A DNA stretch of 64,000 nucleotides, taken from IMG/VR virus record IMGVR_UViG_2873571580_000001; one strand, 5' to 3'. Under the pieces are notes generated by a model. That model was not told where the DNA came from, did not search any database, and was given only the letters and a program-made list of their open reading frames with translations. A program made the position numbers and the translations under genes. The number at the start of each line of letters is the position of its first letter. The stretch's first letter is position 1. Source of the stretch: a virus (lineage: Duplodnaviria > Caudoviricetes). This document shows, piece after piece, positions 28,254 to 38,546 of the stretch.

Positions 28254-29167
28254 GTGAGACCCTCCAATTCGATTTCTGAATCCGCGTAGTCGGTGTAGTT
28301 GAGGATGATGTCGAACGACTTGTAGAAGCCGTAAACGGTCGTCGATTCGTACTTGCTGGAGCCGATCCAGAGGCACGGTGTTGCGCGAACTTCAGCGAGG
28401 AAATCGTTGAACGCATCGACCTCGCCCGAGGTCATCAACATCGAGAAGTTGGCCCGCTTTGCGAAGGCTCGCTCAACGATCAACACGTCCCCGAACTCAT
28501 TGCGCTCCTTGCGCGAGTAGTCCTGAATTCCGACCCGTGCACCGCGCAGAACACCCATGGTGAACTGCTTCATTTGTCCCAGCAGAATCACACCGACTGC
28601 AAGCTCTGTCGTGCCGATAATCTCGATCACAATCTCTGCTGTTGGGTAGCTCGGCAGATCGGTTATCAGCACCTGCGTCGGTGTTCGGCGCTCCCCGAAT
28701 ACCCACTCCCACCAGCCAGTCGAGACCGGCGTGCTGGCGAGGTTGTAGGTCTTGTCGTGGACCGTTCCGTATGTCGGATCGATCATTCGAACCCGCATCG
28801 ACGTTCCGCCCTTGATGTTCAACACACCGAGCGATGTGATCGCCTGCCCGGGCCTCAGGCTGTACCAGATGTTGGACGGAAAAACCGTCTGACTGGACAC
28901 AGATTTATCGAACGCCTTCCATCGGTTCGTTGCCCCGACTTCGAGCCATTTCGGTTCTGCAACCACTGCCGTTGGATCGTTGCCAACATTGCTGGCAACT
29001 GTGCTTTGATAGACCTTGTGCGTTGCGGCCACAATGACCCGATCACTCACGCCATAGCTAGCGCTGGCGTTCCATTCACCGTAATCGGCTTCAGGAACAC
29101 CAGTGCCAATAAGCATTGCAGGGGTGATCGAGACAGGCCGCACTACACGTAGTGCGGTTGTACTCAT
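28250..29167 (-). CDS. Tail tip structural protein
   Basis: Only gene between tape measure and fibre, coupled to both. Confidence 0.65.
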   Translation of the reverse strand: MSTTALRVVRPVSITPAMLIGTGVPEADYGEWNASASYGVSDRVIVAATHKVYQSTVASNVGNDPTAVVAEPKWLEVGATNRWKAFDKSVSSQTVFPSNIWYSLRPGQAITSLGVLNIKGGTSMRVRMIDPTYGTVHDKTYNLASTPVSTGWWEWVFGERRTPTQVLITDLPSYPTAEIVIEIIGTTELAVGVILLGQMKQFTMGVLRGARVGIQDYSRKERNEFGDVLIVERAFAKRANFSMLMTSGEVDAFNDFLAEVRATPCLWIGSSKYESTTVYGFYKSFDIILNYTDYADSEIELEGLT

Positions 29168-32100
29168 GCAGGTTGTTCCTCTCGTTGCGGTGGCAAGCCG
29201 CCACCTTCCCAGCGCTCCACGATCTTTGCGATTCGCAGATTGAGCCGGACGATTTCACCGGCCTGAGCGCGGTTGTCTTCACGCAGTGCGCGAACCTCTT
29301 TCAGCAATTCGCCATCGCTGCCGGATCCGCCGTTTTGAAGTGCTGCCATGAGCGCCCGGTTATCCGCTGCCGGAATGATTGCCTCTCCCTTGTGAACCAT
29401 TGCGAGCATGTCGTTCGGAACGTAGTTCGTGCCCACGGCAAATTGCGGGATTCCCAAGCGCTTGCCAGCATCGATGAGGTCTTGATAACCCCAGCCCATG
29501 ACTGCCGCGATGTCGTTCATCGAGTAGCCCTGAGCCTTGCCGTCGTTCAGCATGCCCGCGACATCGCCCGTACCGCGCCACTTGTCGATCCACTTGTCCA
29601 AGCTTGTCAGCTCTTCCGAGTTGTCAACGACATACGTTGTGCCAGCGCCTGTGACGACCTCGCGATACCAGCCACCCGAACCGGTTGGCCCGCTCTTGAC
29701 GGGATCACCAGCGACAGCACCGTTGCCCACAGTCGGCCCGGTTGTGCCGGGCTTCGTGGTCGTGCCTGTTGTGGGTGTCGAGGTCTTGAGGTCGTAGAGC
29801 TTGTAGATGTCACGCACGGCCTGCTCGACCGAGATGGTGGCGTCGTACTCACCCTTGCTGATCGCAACCAGTTCCTTGATGTTGGAAAGCTGGTCCTGCA
29901 GATATTTGGTCTGCTTGTCGATGCTCGTGATCTGTTGATCAAGCGCTTCGAGTTGCAGCTCTGCGGTGGTCTTTTGCTCACCGGAAATCGACTGCAGAGC
30001 AGACAGCTTCCCAGCCAGCAGCAGCGTGTCGTAGTCCTTCTCGACTTGTGAGCGATATGCCCCCGCATCGATACCGGATCGCGCCGCACTGATCGCCTCG
30101 GACAGCTTTTCCTGCTCCGGCAGATAGCCAGTGCTCTGCGCTGCGCCGAGAGCCTGCTCGATAAACAAGCGCCCTTGCAGGGCCTGCATCTCTGCAGCAC
30201 TCTCCACCGTGCCGTACAGGTCTCGAGCGTTCTGCCGCACAAGATCAAATACGCCAGTGATGAGGCTCAGTGACTCGTTCGCCAACGACCGTTGCTCGGT
30301 GAGCGCGGCCTTCTGGTCATTGAGTCGGTCAACCTCGCGCGCCGTGGCCTGCTCAAGGTTGCGCATTGCCTTGTTCTGCGCGTCCTCTTTGGCTTTTCGC
30401 GTCGCCTCTGCCGCAGCCGCCTCCGCAGCCTTCTTGGCCTCCTCTGCCGCGCGCTTGTCCTGCTCCTCCCAAATTTTGCGCTGCTTGTCGATGATCGCGT
30501 CGCCGTAGGGCAGCAGCTCCTTGATGCGTTTTTCACGCTCCAGAGCCAGCGCCTCGGTGTCCTTTCCTTGGGCTTTCAGTAACTCAATGTCGAGATCGAG
30601 ATTCAGCGTTGCAAGCTGATCGGCGGCGTTGTAGATAGTGTTCAGTACGTCGGAAATTCCCATGAGTGCGGCGTAAGTCTTGCGCCCGCTCTCGGTGGTC
30701 AGATCCTGCGCATTGAGCAGTGCCTTAAGCTCCTCGCGCGTCTTCGGAATCGAGTCAACGCCAATAGCCTTCAGTGACTCGCTCACCTGCTTGTTCACCA
30801 GGTCGAGCTGCTCAACTTGGCTGAGGTAGTTGCCGATGAAGCTCTGAATGGACGATGCAAACGCATCATCACCGCCGAACTGATCAACAAGTGACGAAGC
30901 CATGTCAGCGCCGACGACAGACACCTCCAGCAAGTTGTCTTTCATGACATCGAGCCAGTGATTGACCGCCACCATGCGAGTGCTCAGGCGGGCCAGTGTT
31001 TCCGACCGCGTTTCTTCGCCCTGTGTGTACTCATCGGACGCAAGCACCATCGCTGCCATCTCGTCGGCAATTCGCTTGAATTCCTCCGCAACCTTGGTGT
31101 TGATTTCGGAGTCGGTGAGCCCCATCATCGAGATTTTGAGTTTCGATGAAAAGCTATCGAGGCTATCTGCACTCAGCCCAATGGACTCGGCCATGTCGGC
31201 CACACCATCCTTGACGCCGCCGAACATGTCAGCGAGCCCGCTACGGGTCTCTTCATCCAACTCCGAATATTTGGTTTTGTTCGAGCGGAACCAGCCTCCT
31301 TTGTAATACTCGAACTTCCGCCCCTCGAAACCCGTTTCGCCGCCGACAGTACCCTCCACCCCCGCGTCCTTCAGCGTGCGTCCAAACATCTTGTTGAACG
31401 TGTACGTCATCACTGGCGCACCAGTCAGGATGTTGGCCCACTTGTCGCCTACGATCTTGCCAAGGATGGATGTTTCAATCTGGTTGCCGATGCCCAGCGC
31501 TTGGCCCGCGCCCTGTCGCCCAAACTGGTTGATGCCTTGGCCATAGAGCTTGTTGGACATGAACATGCCAGCGATGACTGCTAGAGGCCATGCGGCAGAC
31601 ATGCCAGAAAACGCACCGGCACTTGCTCCGCCACTCGAAGGGATCATCCCGGTCACTGCCGTAGCCGCGCCGCTATATGCACCCGATGCAGCCGCTCCGC
31701 CGCCAATCCCCAACAGCCCCTTAATGCCTGTAAGGACAGTTCCCATGATGCCGCCGCTACCGGTAAACATGCTGTAGATCGAGCTACCCAAGCTCGCGAG
31801 ATTGGACAAACCACCAAGGCCACTTGAACCGCCTCCGCCCAGACCAATCGCACCCATTGCGCCTTGCACAACGGTGTTGATCAGCCCGGAGATCGGAGCC
31901 ATCACAGCGCTGATGATCGGCTTCAACACCAGTGTGTTGAACATGTTTTTCAGCGTGTCGCGGAAGTTCTCGGCCATCGACTTGCCGGACTCAAAACCGC
32001 GCAGCAGAGCGTCAGTCAGGGACTGGTTGATCTGGTCGGTGGTCTTGGTCCAATCGTCTTGGATGGCCTTCGAAACAGCGGCCTCACCCTCGATGCGCTT

Positions 32101-34665
32101 GGCCTGCTCAACAGTCGCACGGGCAGTGTCGCGCCCGACTCCCGGCTCCATTTGGTCGATCTTGTCGAGTTCTTTCGCATACTTCAGCTCGACCTGACGA
32201 AGCGCAACGATCTTGGCGCGCTCCACCGATGTCAGCCCGGAAAGCGCCGCCTCGTCCTTGTACGCCGCGGCCATTGCATTGGCGTTCGCAAGCAGCTCGT
32301 TTGCATGCTGATTGATCTGCTTGAACTCACCTGCACGGGTCTCATTGACAACCTTCAACTGCGCATCGAGCTTGGCGTAGAGCGCCGCGATGTATGCCGG
32401 GTCGTAGCTGCTATCGCTACCGCCTTCGACCTCCGCAAGTTTGGCGCGAATCACCGCGAGGCGGTATTCCTCAACCGCAACCTTCCCCTTCCCATACATC
32501 GCGTTGGACGCAGCCAGCTCTTCGGCGTTCTGGTTCAGAGCCGCTGCAGATTTCAGCGTCTCGTCGATCAGGGCTGCATATTCGGTCTTGGATTTCTCCA
32601 AGCCTGCAATGCGTTCCTTTTCGCCAGCCACCTGCTTGTCCACGGCTGCGAGCGCCTCGGCAGCGACCAACGCATCCTCCTTGCGCGCGCGGGCAACACC
32701 AGTGATGCTGGTCTTCAATTCTTCCTTGATCTTGATGACCAGCTTCTCGCCTTCGGTCAGCTTGTCAGCTTGCGCGCCCTGAGACTCCAGTAGTGCCAGG
32801 TACTGCTTTTGCGCTTCCGTGCGCGCCTTGATCTGGGCGACTTCGTTCTCACCAACACCAGCAGACCCCGCGCCAGACTTTTTGTCCTTGTATTTGTCCT
32901 TGATGTCGGCAATACGCTCGCGCAGACCCGCCTCGGTGAGCAGGCCCGCGTTGATGAGCTCACGCCCCTCAACCTCGGCCTTACGCACCTCCTCGTCGCG
33001 CTTTGCGGCCTTGGACTTGAACTGATCGCCTTGCTTCTCCCACTCGAAGAATTGCTGGCTATTTTTCGCGCGCTGCGCCTCGGTTTCAGCACCGCGCTTC
33101 ATCATGCGCTCTTGCTCAGACAGCAAAGCGATCTGCTGGCGCAGGTGCTCGTTACCCTTCTCCCAGTTGCCGCGCACCAGCTCGTTCGTCGGGCCGGATT
33201 GCATGCGTTGATCCAGCGACTTGCGAGCGGTCTCCAGTTGCTCACCCACCGTGGCGGAACGGCCGACATTGAGCATGGCGTCCCAGCCAGCCTTCGCGGC
33301 GTCCTTGATCGCGCGCCAACCACGCTCGATGTACCCGAGGTTCGCAGTGATCTCGCTGGACCGGCTTGTCAGTGCGTCAGCATAGGCGCGCTGCGCGGCG
33401 GCGGCGGCTTCGGTGGTGCGCCCTTGCTCTTCGAGGCTCTTGATCTGCTTGTAGACGCTGACGGTGAGGAAATTGGTTCCCTCGTTCAGCTTGAGCACTG
33501 CGGACAGCGGCTCATTGGCAAGCGACGCGAACTTTTCTGCCGTCTTGGTGGCGGCTGTGCCCGTGGCGCGCTCATACTCAACCGCAGCTTGCGCCGCCTC
33601 TTTCAGCACATCGTTGGTCACCTTGCCGCTTCCGGCCATCGCGGCCAGAGACTCGGCAGCCGCTGCTTGCGTGCCGACAACACCGCTGATCTCGCGCGCG
33701 TAGGACGAGAGTTGCGAGACTGTGGTGCCTGCGGCGTTGCCGGTCAGGATGATGGCATTGCGGTACTCGTCTGCTTCTTTGCTGCCAGAGTTATAAGCCA
33801 TCGCGACGGCGGCAAGGGCCGCAATCGTCAGTGTCACCGGATTTGCGAGCAGCCCCAAGAACGCACCACCGAGCGCCTTGATCGCTGGCACCAGACCGCC
33901 AAACATGTCGCGCAGTTGCCCGCCCTGCTGCAACATGACAGTCATTGGCGCTTGGCCGCCTTGCAGCGACACGATGATGTCGGTTAGCTGCGCGGGCACG
34001 CCGCGCAGCGCCATGGTCGTCTCGCCTGCGGTTTTGCCGTAGGCGTTCAGGGTCTTGGTGTTCTTCGTCATCTCCGCATCGAGCTTGGCGATGCTGGCAG
34101 ACGCCTGATCAGACACACCAAGATCACGCGCGCGGTCGGCGAGTTGCTGGGTATACGACTTGCCGGACGCGGCTGCGCGTTGCTGCAGATCGGCAAGGAA
34201 CTGCGTTTGCTCAGCGAGCTTTCGCTGCGCCTGGGCGGCAGCGGTCGTGCGCGCCTCTTGCTGCTCCAGCAGCGCAATCATCGGGTTCAGCGCGTCGCCC
34301 CACCCGCGAACGGCAGCGGTACTCTTGAAGTACGCCGCGTTGTACTTCCCAACACTTGCGGAGCCGCTGTCCAACGCCACAATTTGGCGCTCCATGGATC
34401 GCTGTGCGGTGCGCGCGCCCGACTCAAGATCGACGCCGCTGCGCTTGATGGAGTCGCTGATTTTCTTCTGGGCAGCGCCGATCTTTTCGGACACCTGCCC
34501 AGCACCATCGCCCATCGACGCAATGCCCTTGGCTGCATCCTGCCCAGACTTGGCGACGTCTTGCGCCATGTCCTTCACATCGCGCTTGATCTGCTCGAGA
34601 CCTGTTTTGACCTCGGAGCCATCCACGCCAAACGCTAGTTGTGCTTTTCGTTCTTCGTTTGCCAT
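29164..34665 (-). CDS. Tape measure protein
   Basis: 1833 aa, Ala-rich helical; LRGVPAQLTDIIVSLQGGQAPMTVMLQQGGQLRDMFGG TMP motif. Confidence 0.92.
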   Translation of the reverse strand: MANEERKAQLAFGVDGSEVKTGLEQIKRDVKDMAQDVAKSGQDAAKGIASMGDGAGQVSEKIGAAQKKISDSIKRSGVDLESGARTAQRSMERQIVALDSGSASVGKYNAAYFKSTAAVRGWGDALNPMIALLEQQEARTTAAAQAQRKLAEQTQFLADLQQRAAASGKSYTQQLADRARDLGVSDQASASIAKLDAEMTKNTKTLNAYGKTAGETTMALRGVPAQLTDIIVSLQGGQAPMTVMLQQGGQLRDMFGGLVPAIKALGGAFLGLLANPVTLTIAALAAVAMAYNSGSKEADEYRNAIILTGNAAGTTVSQLSSYAREISGVVGTQAAAAESLAAMAGSGKVTNDVLKEAAQAAVEYERATGTAATKTAEKFASLANEPLSAVLKLNEGTNFLTVSVYKQIKSLEEQGRTTEAAAAAQRAYADALTSRSSEITANLGYIERGWRAIKDAAKAGWDAMLNVGRSATVGEQLETARKSLDQRMQSGPTNELVRGNWEKGNEHLRQQIALLSEQERMMKRGAETEAQRAKNSQQFFEWEKQGDQFKSKAAKRDEEVRKAEVEGRELINAGLLTEAGLRERIADIKDKYKDKKSGAGSAGVGENEVAQIKARTEAQKQYLALLESQGAQADKLTEGEKLVIKIKEELKTSITGVARARKEDALVAAEALAAVDKQVAGEKERIAGLEKSKTEYAALIDETLKSAAALNQNAEELAASNAMYGKGKVAVEEYRLAVIRAKLAEVEGGSDSSYDPAYIAALYAKLDAQLKVVNETRAGEFKQINQHANELLANANAMAAAYKDEAALSGLTSVERAKIVALRQVELKYAKELDKIDQMEPGVGRDTARATVEQAKRIEGEAAVSKAIQDDWTKTTDQINQSLTDALLRGFESGKSMAENFRDTLKNMFNTLVLKPIISAVMAPISGLINTVVQGAMGAIGLGGGGSSGLGGLSNLASLGSSIYSMFTGSGGIMGTVLTGIKGLLGIGGGAAASGAYSGAATAVTGMIPSSGGASAGAFSGMSAAWPLAVIAGMFMSNKLYGQGINQFGRQGAGQALGIGNQIETSILGKIVGDKWANILTGAPVMTYTFNKMFGRTLKDAGVEGTVGGETGFEGRKFEYYKGGWFRSNKTKYSELDEETRSGLADMFGGVKDGVADMAESIGLSADSLDSFSSKLKISMMGLTDSEINTKVAEEFKRIADEMAAMVLASDEYTQGEETRSETLARLSTRMVAVNHWLDVMKDNLLEVSVVGADMASSLVDQFGGDDAFASSIQSFIGNYLSQVEQLDLVNKQVSESLKAIGVDSIPKTREELKALLNAQDLTTESGRKTYAALMGISDVLNTIYNAADQLATLNLDLDIELLKAQGKDTEALALEREKRIKELLPYGDAIIDKQRKIWEEQDKRAAEEAKKAAEAAAAEATRKAKEDAQNKAMRNLEQATAREVDRLNDQKAALTEQRSLANESLSLITGVFDLVRQNARDLYGTVESAAEMQALQGRLFIEQALGAAQSTGYLPEQEKLSEAISAARSGIDAGAYRSQVEKDYDTLLLAGKLSALQSISGEQKTTAELQLEALDQQITSIDKQTKYLQDQLSNIKELVAISKGEYDATISVEQAVRDIYKLYDLKTSTPTTGTTTKPGTTGPTVGNGAVAGDPVKSGPTGSGGWYREVVTGAGTTYVVDNSEELTSLDKWIDKWRGTGDVAGMLNDGKAQGYSMNDIAAVMGWGYQDLIDAGKRLGIPQFAVGTNYVPNDMLAMVHKGEAIIPAADNRALMAALQNGGSGSDGELLKEVRALREDNRAQAGEIVRLNLRIAKIVERWEGGGLPPQREEQPA

Positions 34666-34756
34666 GCGGACCCCAGAAATGCAAAAGGCCCGCCGAAGCG
34701 AGCCCTAGAAATGAAAAAACCACCCGAAGGTGGTTGTTTGGTTGGGTGTTAGATCG

Positions 34757-35173
34757 TCATTTCCACTCGCCTTCGAGTTTCTTGATGTCCACACCGCCGT
34801 TATCCGTGATCTTCACCGCAACACCGGAGAGACTGGGGGCAGCGAATGCAAAGGCCGCAGCCCGGTACTTCACCTTGACTTTGACGACCGCATCAGCGCC
34901 GACTTGTCGGGCCTTTGCAGCGAGTGAGGCGTAGACACGAGTGGTGTCGCCGTGCACGGCCTGATTTGCGCGAAGCTCGCCCAGCACCTCGAATTTGACT
35001 TCTGCGGGCAGGTCGCCCTTCGTCATCAGAATCAGCTGACTCTCGGGGGTCCACTGCTCGCGCGGGAGCGGCCTCAACAACTCAATGTTCTCGCCCGCGT
35101 AGGTGGTCGTTTTCGACCCGGCGCAACCGGCCAGCGCAGCCGCAGCAAAGATGACCAACAAAGCAATTCGCAT
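34757..35173 (-). CDS. Moron lipoprotein (YbjQ-like) between tail chaperone and tape measure
   Basis: Lipobox LAG-C; KARQVGADAVV motif; hairpins downstream at about 34684-34740. Confidence 0.7.
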   Translation of the reverse strand: MRIALLVIFAAAALAGCAGSKTTTYAGENIELLRPLPREQWTPESQLILMTKGDLPAEVKFEVLGELRANQAVHGDTTRVYASLAAKARQVGADAVVKVKVKYRAAAFAFAAPSLSGVAVKITDNGGVDIKKLEGEWK

Positions 35174-35208
35174 GTGCCCTCCAAAGAAAGCAGGAATGCT
35201 ACCAAATG

Positions 35209-35559
35209 TCACTCTTTGCGCGCCTGCTTCGCCCTTGTCTCGCGCTCTTCATTCATGACCGCCAGCGCCTCAGATTCCATCTCGACCACGTCGTCTTCGA
35301 GCTGCCGCGCATCGTCATCTGAGAGATTCAGCCGCTGCACACGGGCGAACAAGACGTTGTGATCGATTCCGAAGGCCACGCCATCGCTGACCCGCCACTG
35401 ACGGCGCAATGCGAAAAAGAGCTGGAAGGCTTGCTCGTTCTCTGGCCAAACCTCTACACCCTCGTCTGCATAGTCCGTGCGCTTGAAACCGAAAGCCGCC
35501 AGCTTAGAGTCCGATGGTTCGGACTCGTAGAGCGCGCGTGCGGCCTCTCTCAGTTTCCC
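35209..35559 (-). CDS. Tail assembly chaperone T segment (frameshift product)
   Basis: Open frame LGKLREAARALYE...VWPEN...W...GID entered at slippery GGGAAAC. Confidence 0.7.
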   Translation of the reverse strand, partial: GKLREAARALYESEPSDSKLAAFGFKRTDYADEGVEVWPENEQAFQLFFALRRQWRVSDGVAFGIDHNVLFARVQRLNLSDDDARQLEDDVVEMESEALAVMNEERETRAKQARKE

Positions 35560-35945
35560 AAGCGGCCATCGGCCACCGCAGCGCGGTAGGTCTCCATGAT
35601 CGCAGCCACAGCACCCGGCAGTTCATTAGCCAGTTGCTCGGCGCTTTCTTGGTTCAGTTCGGCATCCACATCCCAGCCCTTGAGGATGTCCAGCAAATAG
35701 ATCGCGTTCTTTTCGACCGCGCGGCCCAGCAGATCGCCAAGCGTTACTGTGGTGTCGGCTTCTTCGCCAATCTGATCGGCTTCTGCCTTTGCGGTCTTCG
35801 TGATCGAGTCGATGAACTCGCCGAACTCCTTCTTTGTGCGGTACTTGAAGTCGCACATGATCGCGCCTTCTGTGCCGTCCAGCATCGCGAACTTAACCTT
35901 GCGCTTGAAGGATTCGGGGCGCTTGCCGAGGATGATCTTTGCCAT
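35550..35945 (-). CDS. Tail assembly chaperone G
   Basis: Between major tail gene and TMP; ends GGA AAC TGA. Confidence 0.8.
   Translation of the reverse strand: MAKIILGKRPESFKRKVKFAMLDGTEGAIMCDFKYRTKKEFGEFIDSITKTAKAEADQIGEEADTTVTLGDLLGRAVEKNAIYLLDILKGWDVDAELNQESAEQLANELPGAVAAIMETYRAAVADGRLGN
35553..35559 (-). promoter_or_regulatory. Programmed -1 frameshift site GGGAAAC
   Basis: XXXYYYZ heptamer at the end of G, as in lambda G-T. Confidence 0.75.
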
Positions 35946-36060
35946 GATTTATTGCTTTCGAAAGAGAAAAGACCCTTCCCGCATACGTTCGGGAGGGCAT
36001 GAAAAAGCCCGCCGAGATTGCTCAGGGCGGGCGGTGGCAACCGCTTGCGCGGAAGGTTGA

Positions 36061-36702
36061 TCAGTAGCGGACGGGGCGACCTTGCAGCGAGAACGTGGCC
36101 GTCACCTGCATCACTTGGCCCTTGGTCAGAGTCGGGGTCTCGTTGAACGACACGTAGCCGTTGTAGAGAATTGCCGAGCCGTCTGGCAGGTTCACGCGCA
36201 GCGCGCGGATCTCGCGTTTTTCGCCGGCCACCTTGAGAGCTTGGTAGCCCGGCAGCGATGGGTCATCGCCGATGCCGATGGTGATGGACTGCGCGCTGGT
36301 GGTGGTGGGCAGTTGGCGGTCGAAGTCATCTTCGAGGAACGAGCCTGTCCAGAACTGTTGATCGCCGCCCTGCGTTTCCACGCTCAGGATCTGGGGAATC
36401 TGAGTCCATGCAGTAATTTCGCGCAGCGAGCCGCCCGAGGAACCCGCAGGAAAGCGGTTCGTATCGGTGGTGTCGGAGCCAGCGATCTCGATGGTGTTGG
36501 CAGCGATATTCGCGGCCTTCCAGATGCGTTCGCTGATCTTCTGCCATGCGGTTTTCAGCTCGAAGAACGAGCCGTTGGCGATTGCGTGGGCTGCGCTGGT
36601 GAGCACGCCGGGAGCGCCGTTGGTGATGCTGGAGACTGGCTTGGCGGTGCCGTAGCCAGTAGCGATTTGGATGGTCGCGCCATCAGGGAGACGAATAGCC
36701 AT
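36061..36702 (-). CDS. Major tail tube protein
   Basis: MAIRLPDG...GGDQQF...DDPSLPGY pattern; position in tail operon. Confidence 0.8.
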   Translation of the reverse strand: MAIRLPDGATIQIATGYGTAKPVSSITNGAPGVLTSAAHAIANGSFFELKTAWQKISERIWKAANIAANTIEIAGSDTTDTNRFPAGSSGGSLREITAWTQIPQILSVETQGGDQQFWTGSFLEDDFDRQLPTTTSAQSITIGIGDDPSLPGYQALKVAGEKREIRALRVNLPDGSAILYNGYVSFNETPTLTKGQVMQVTATFSLQGRPVRY

Positions 36703-36790
36703 GTTGGGCCTTTCACAAACAAAAAAGCCCGCAACAGCGGGCATGGGGTGGATGCCCTCGCGGGCGGTGTTGGCCGAAAGGCCTAACTAG

Positions 36791-37147
36791 TCAGGAGCGG
36801 TTGCCCCAAATGGAAAATGTCTGCATCGCACCATTGCGGGCGTCTGCGTCGTCGAATGCGTCATTGACCTCACTCACAGGCGTAACCTGCAACGCGGCGG
36901 AAGCACACAGCGCGGCTTCGATCTGCGCCAGCAGCGCATACGCATCCATGCCTGTGTCGTGCCAGACCGTGATCTGCACCAGCGCGTTGCGCTTGCTGCC
37001 GAGCGATCCTTCGAGGAACTGCACCGATTGGCCGCCGCCACGCTCCCAGATCACATAGGGCGTCTGGGTCGTGTACGGAGCGGTGTTCAGATGCACGCGC
37101 GGGCACTTCGTCTTGAGCAGTACGATGAGGTCGGTTTCAAGGCTCAT
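36791..37147 (-). CDS. Tail terminator (DUF3168-like)
   Basis: TPYVIW..GG...VQITVW motif and gene order. Confidence 0.7.
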   Translation of the reverse strand: MSLETDLIVLLKTKCPRVHLNTAPYTTQTPYVIWERGGGQSVQFLEGSLGSKRNALVQITVWHDTGMDAYALLAQIEAALCASAALQVTPVSEVNDAFDDADARNGAMQTFSIWGNRS

Positions 37148-37704
37148 GACGCCCTCGCCAAAACACGTTGCAGCAGTTCGTTCTCGGCGGCGCGGTACGC
37201 AGCGTCGAAGGCCGTAGCTGCATTGCGCACAAAGAACTTTCCGGGCACATGCACAGGCGTGTCGAGCATCACATAGTAGGCGGCCTTCTGCGCCGCGCTC
37301 GCTCGTCTACCGGGCTTTGGCTTGCCCTCCATGCCGGGACGCACCATGGGCCGGATCTGGCCGTCGTTGCCCTTGTAGTAGCGGTAGCGTCGCAGGTAGC
37401 CGTACTCAACGAGGTGCCCATGCGGCGCTTTCTTGCGGTTCCACGACACTTGGTACTCAGCGTTGCGCCCCTCTTCCGAGTTCGTCTTGCTGTACACCTG
37501 ATAGATGGACGACGCCAGATTGCCGGACTTCTTCCCGATCTGCGCGACGTTTGCTTGCACACGCTCATAGAGCACCTGCACGCCAGCCTGCGCAGCCGGT
37601 CGAATCGCCTTTTCCGCCTCATCCCCGAGTTGGTCAAGGTATGCCGCGAGGCCCGATGTGTCGATCTCAGCCGTGAAAGTGCGAGCACCTGTGAGCTTTG
37701 CCAT
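37144..37704 (-). CDS. HK97 gp10-like tail completion protein
   Basis: KSGNLASSI, HGHLVEYG, VPGKFFVR motifs. Confidence 0.75.
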   Translation of the reverse strand: MAKLTGARTFTAEIDTSGLAAYLDQLGDEAEKAIRPAAQAGVQVLYERVQANVAQIGKKSGNLASSIYQVYSKTNSEEGRNAEYQVSWNRKKAPHGHLVEYGYLRRYRYYKGNDGQIRPMVRPGMEGKPKPGRRASAAQKAAYYVMLDTPVHVPGKFFVRNAATAFDAAYRAAENELLQRVLARAS

Positions 37705-38030
37705 CACATCACCTCTTCGCAAACGAGATCGATAAACACGCGCTTGCCGTCCACCGCCAGCGGTCCAGCCTTGACGTTGTAGATCCGCTCGCCGTGCACC
37801 ACCCGCATACCGGGTTTCACGTCATTCCGAAACCGGATGCGAATCGACGTGCGCACGATGGACACTTGCGCGTCGGCTTTGATGGCGGAGAGGCCCGAAG
37901 GCTGGCGGATGTCGGCCCATGGTGAGCAAACATCGACCCACTGGTCTTTGATCGGCTCGCCCCATTCGCTCTCGCCATCGCCAAGCTTCTGGATCGTGAC
38001 TTTGTGGCGGAGTTGTCCGGCTGTGGTCAT
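37704..38030 (-). CDS. Head-tail adaptor (head closure)
   Basis: AGQLRHKVTIQ...IRIRFR.DV..GMRV motif. Confidence 0.8.
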   Translation of the reverse strand: MTTAGQLRHKVTIQKLGDGESEWGEPIKDQWVDVCSPWADIRQPSGLSAIKADAQVSIVRTSIRIRFRNDVKPGMRVVHGERIYNVKAGPLAVDGKRVFIDLVCEEVM

Positions 38031-38032
38031 GG

Positions 38033-38374
38033 TCAGAATCCGTTCACGATGCGATGCGGACGGAGCAGAGAGCGAGCGCCGAAAGGCAACTGCGCCACAG
38101 TCTGCCCCGCCACCACGTCTTCACGATTGGCGTAGAGGTGGCCGAGCGTCAGCAAGATAGCGGCCTTGATTGCGTAGTTGACGACGAGCGGGTTAGCGCC
38201 CGCCCCCCCTACAGTCGCAGCGTCTTCCAGCACGTCCTGATCCGCGAACACCTGACGATTCAGATAGTCCATCGCGGACTGTTCTGCGGCCAGTGCGTAC
38301 AGCGTGATCAGGTTGTCCTCTGGGCCAGCCTCCACACGCAAATGCGCAATGGCCTCGTCAAGTGTCACGAGCAT
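38033..38374 (-). CDS. Head-tail connector (HK97 gp6-like)
   Basis: LVTLDEAIAHLRV...AAILL.LGHLYANRE. Confidence 0.85.
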   Translation of the reverse strand: MLVTLDEAIAHLRVEAGPEDNLITLYALAAEQSAMDYLNRQVFADQDVLEDAATVGGAGANPLVVNYAIKAAILLTLGHLYANREDVVAGQTVAQLPFGARSLLRPHRIVNGF

Positions 38375-38376
38375 GG

Positions 38377-38535
38377 TCAGGCTTTCGGCTTGGTCTGTTT
38401 GTCGGCCTTGCCTTCCAGCACTTCGAGTTCGCGCGCGGCGTCCTCAAGCTCTGGTGGGCATTCATCACCGGGCTGGTACTCGACGGGGTAGATTTCCCCG
38501 TCAGGCACGCCCTTGAAGGTCTTTGCGAACTTCAT
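38377..38535 (-). CDS. Small capsid-adjacent protein (not in ORF track)
   Basis: Hand translation MKFAKTFKGVPDGEIYPVEYQPGDECPPELEDAARELEVLEGKADKQTKPKA. Confidence 0.6.
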   Translation of the reverse strand: MKFAKTFKGVPDGEIYPVEYQPGDECPPELEDAARELEVLEGKADKQTKPKA

Positions 38536-38546
38536 GGGCGATCTCC

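Noticed and set aside
29152-34723. Long plus-strand ORFs antisense to tail, head and relA genes (e.g. 31864-32793, 38523-40070, 61643-63058)
   Set aside because: Shadow ORFs of GC-rich coding strands without family motifs.
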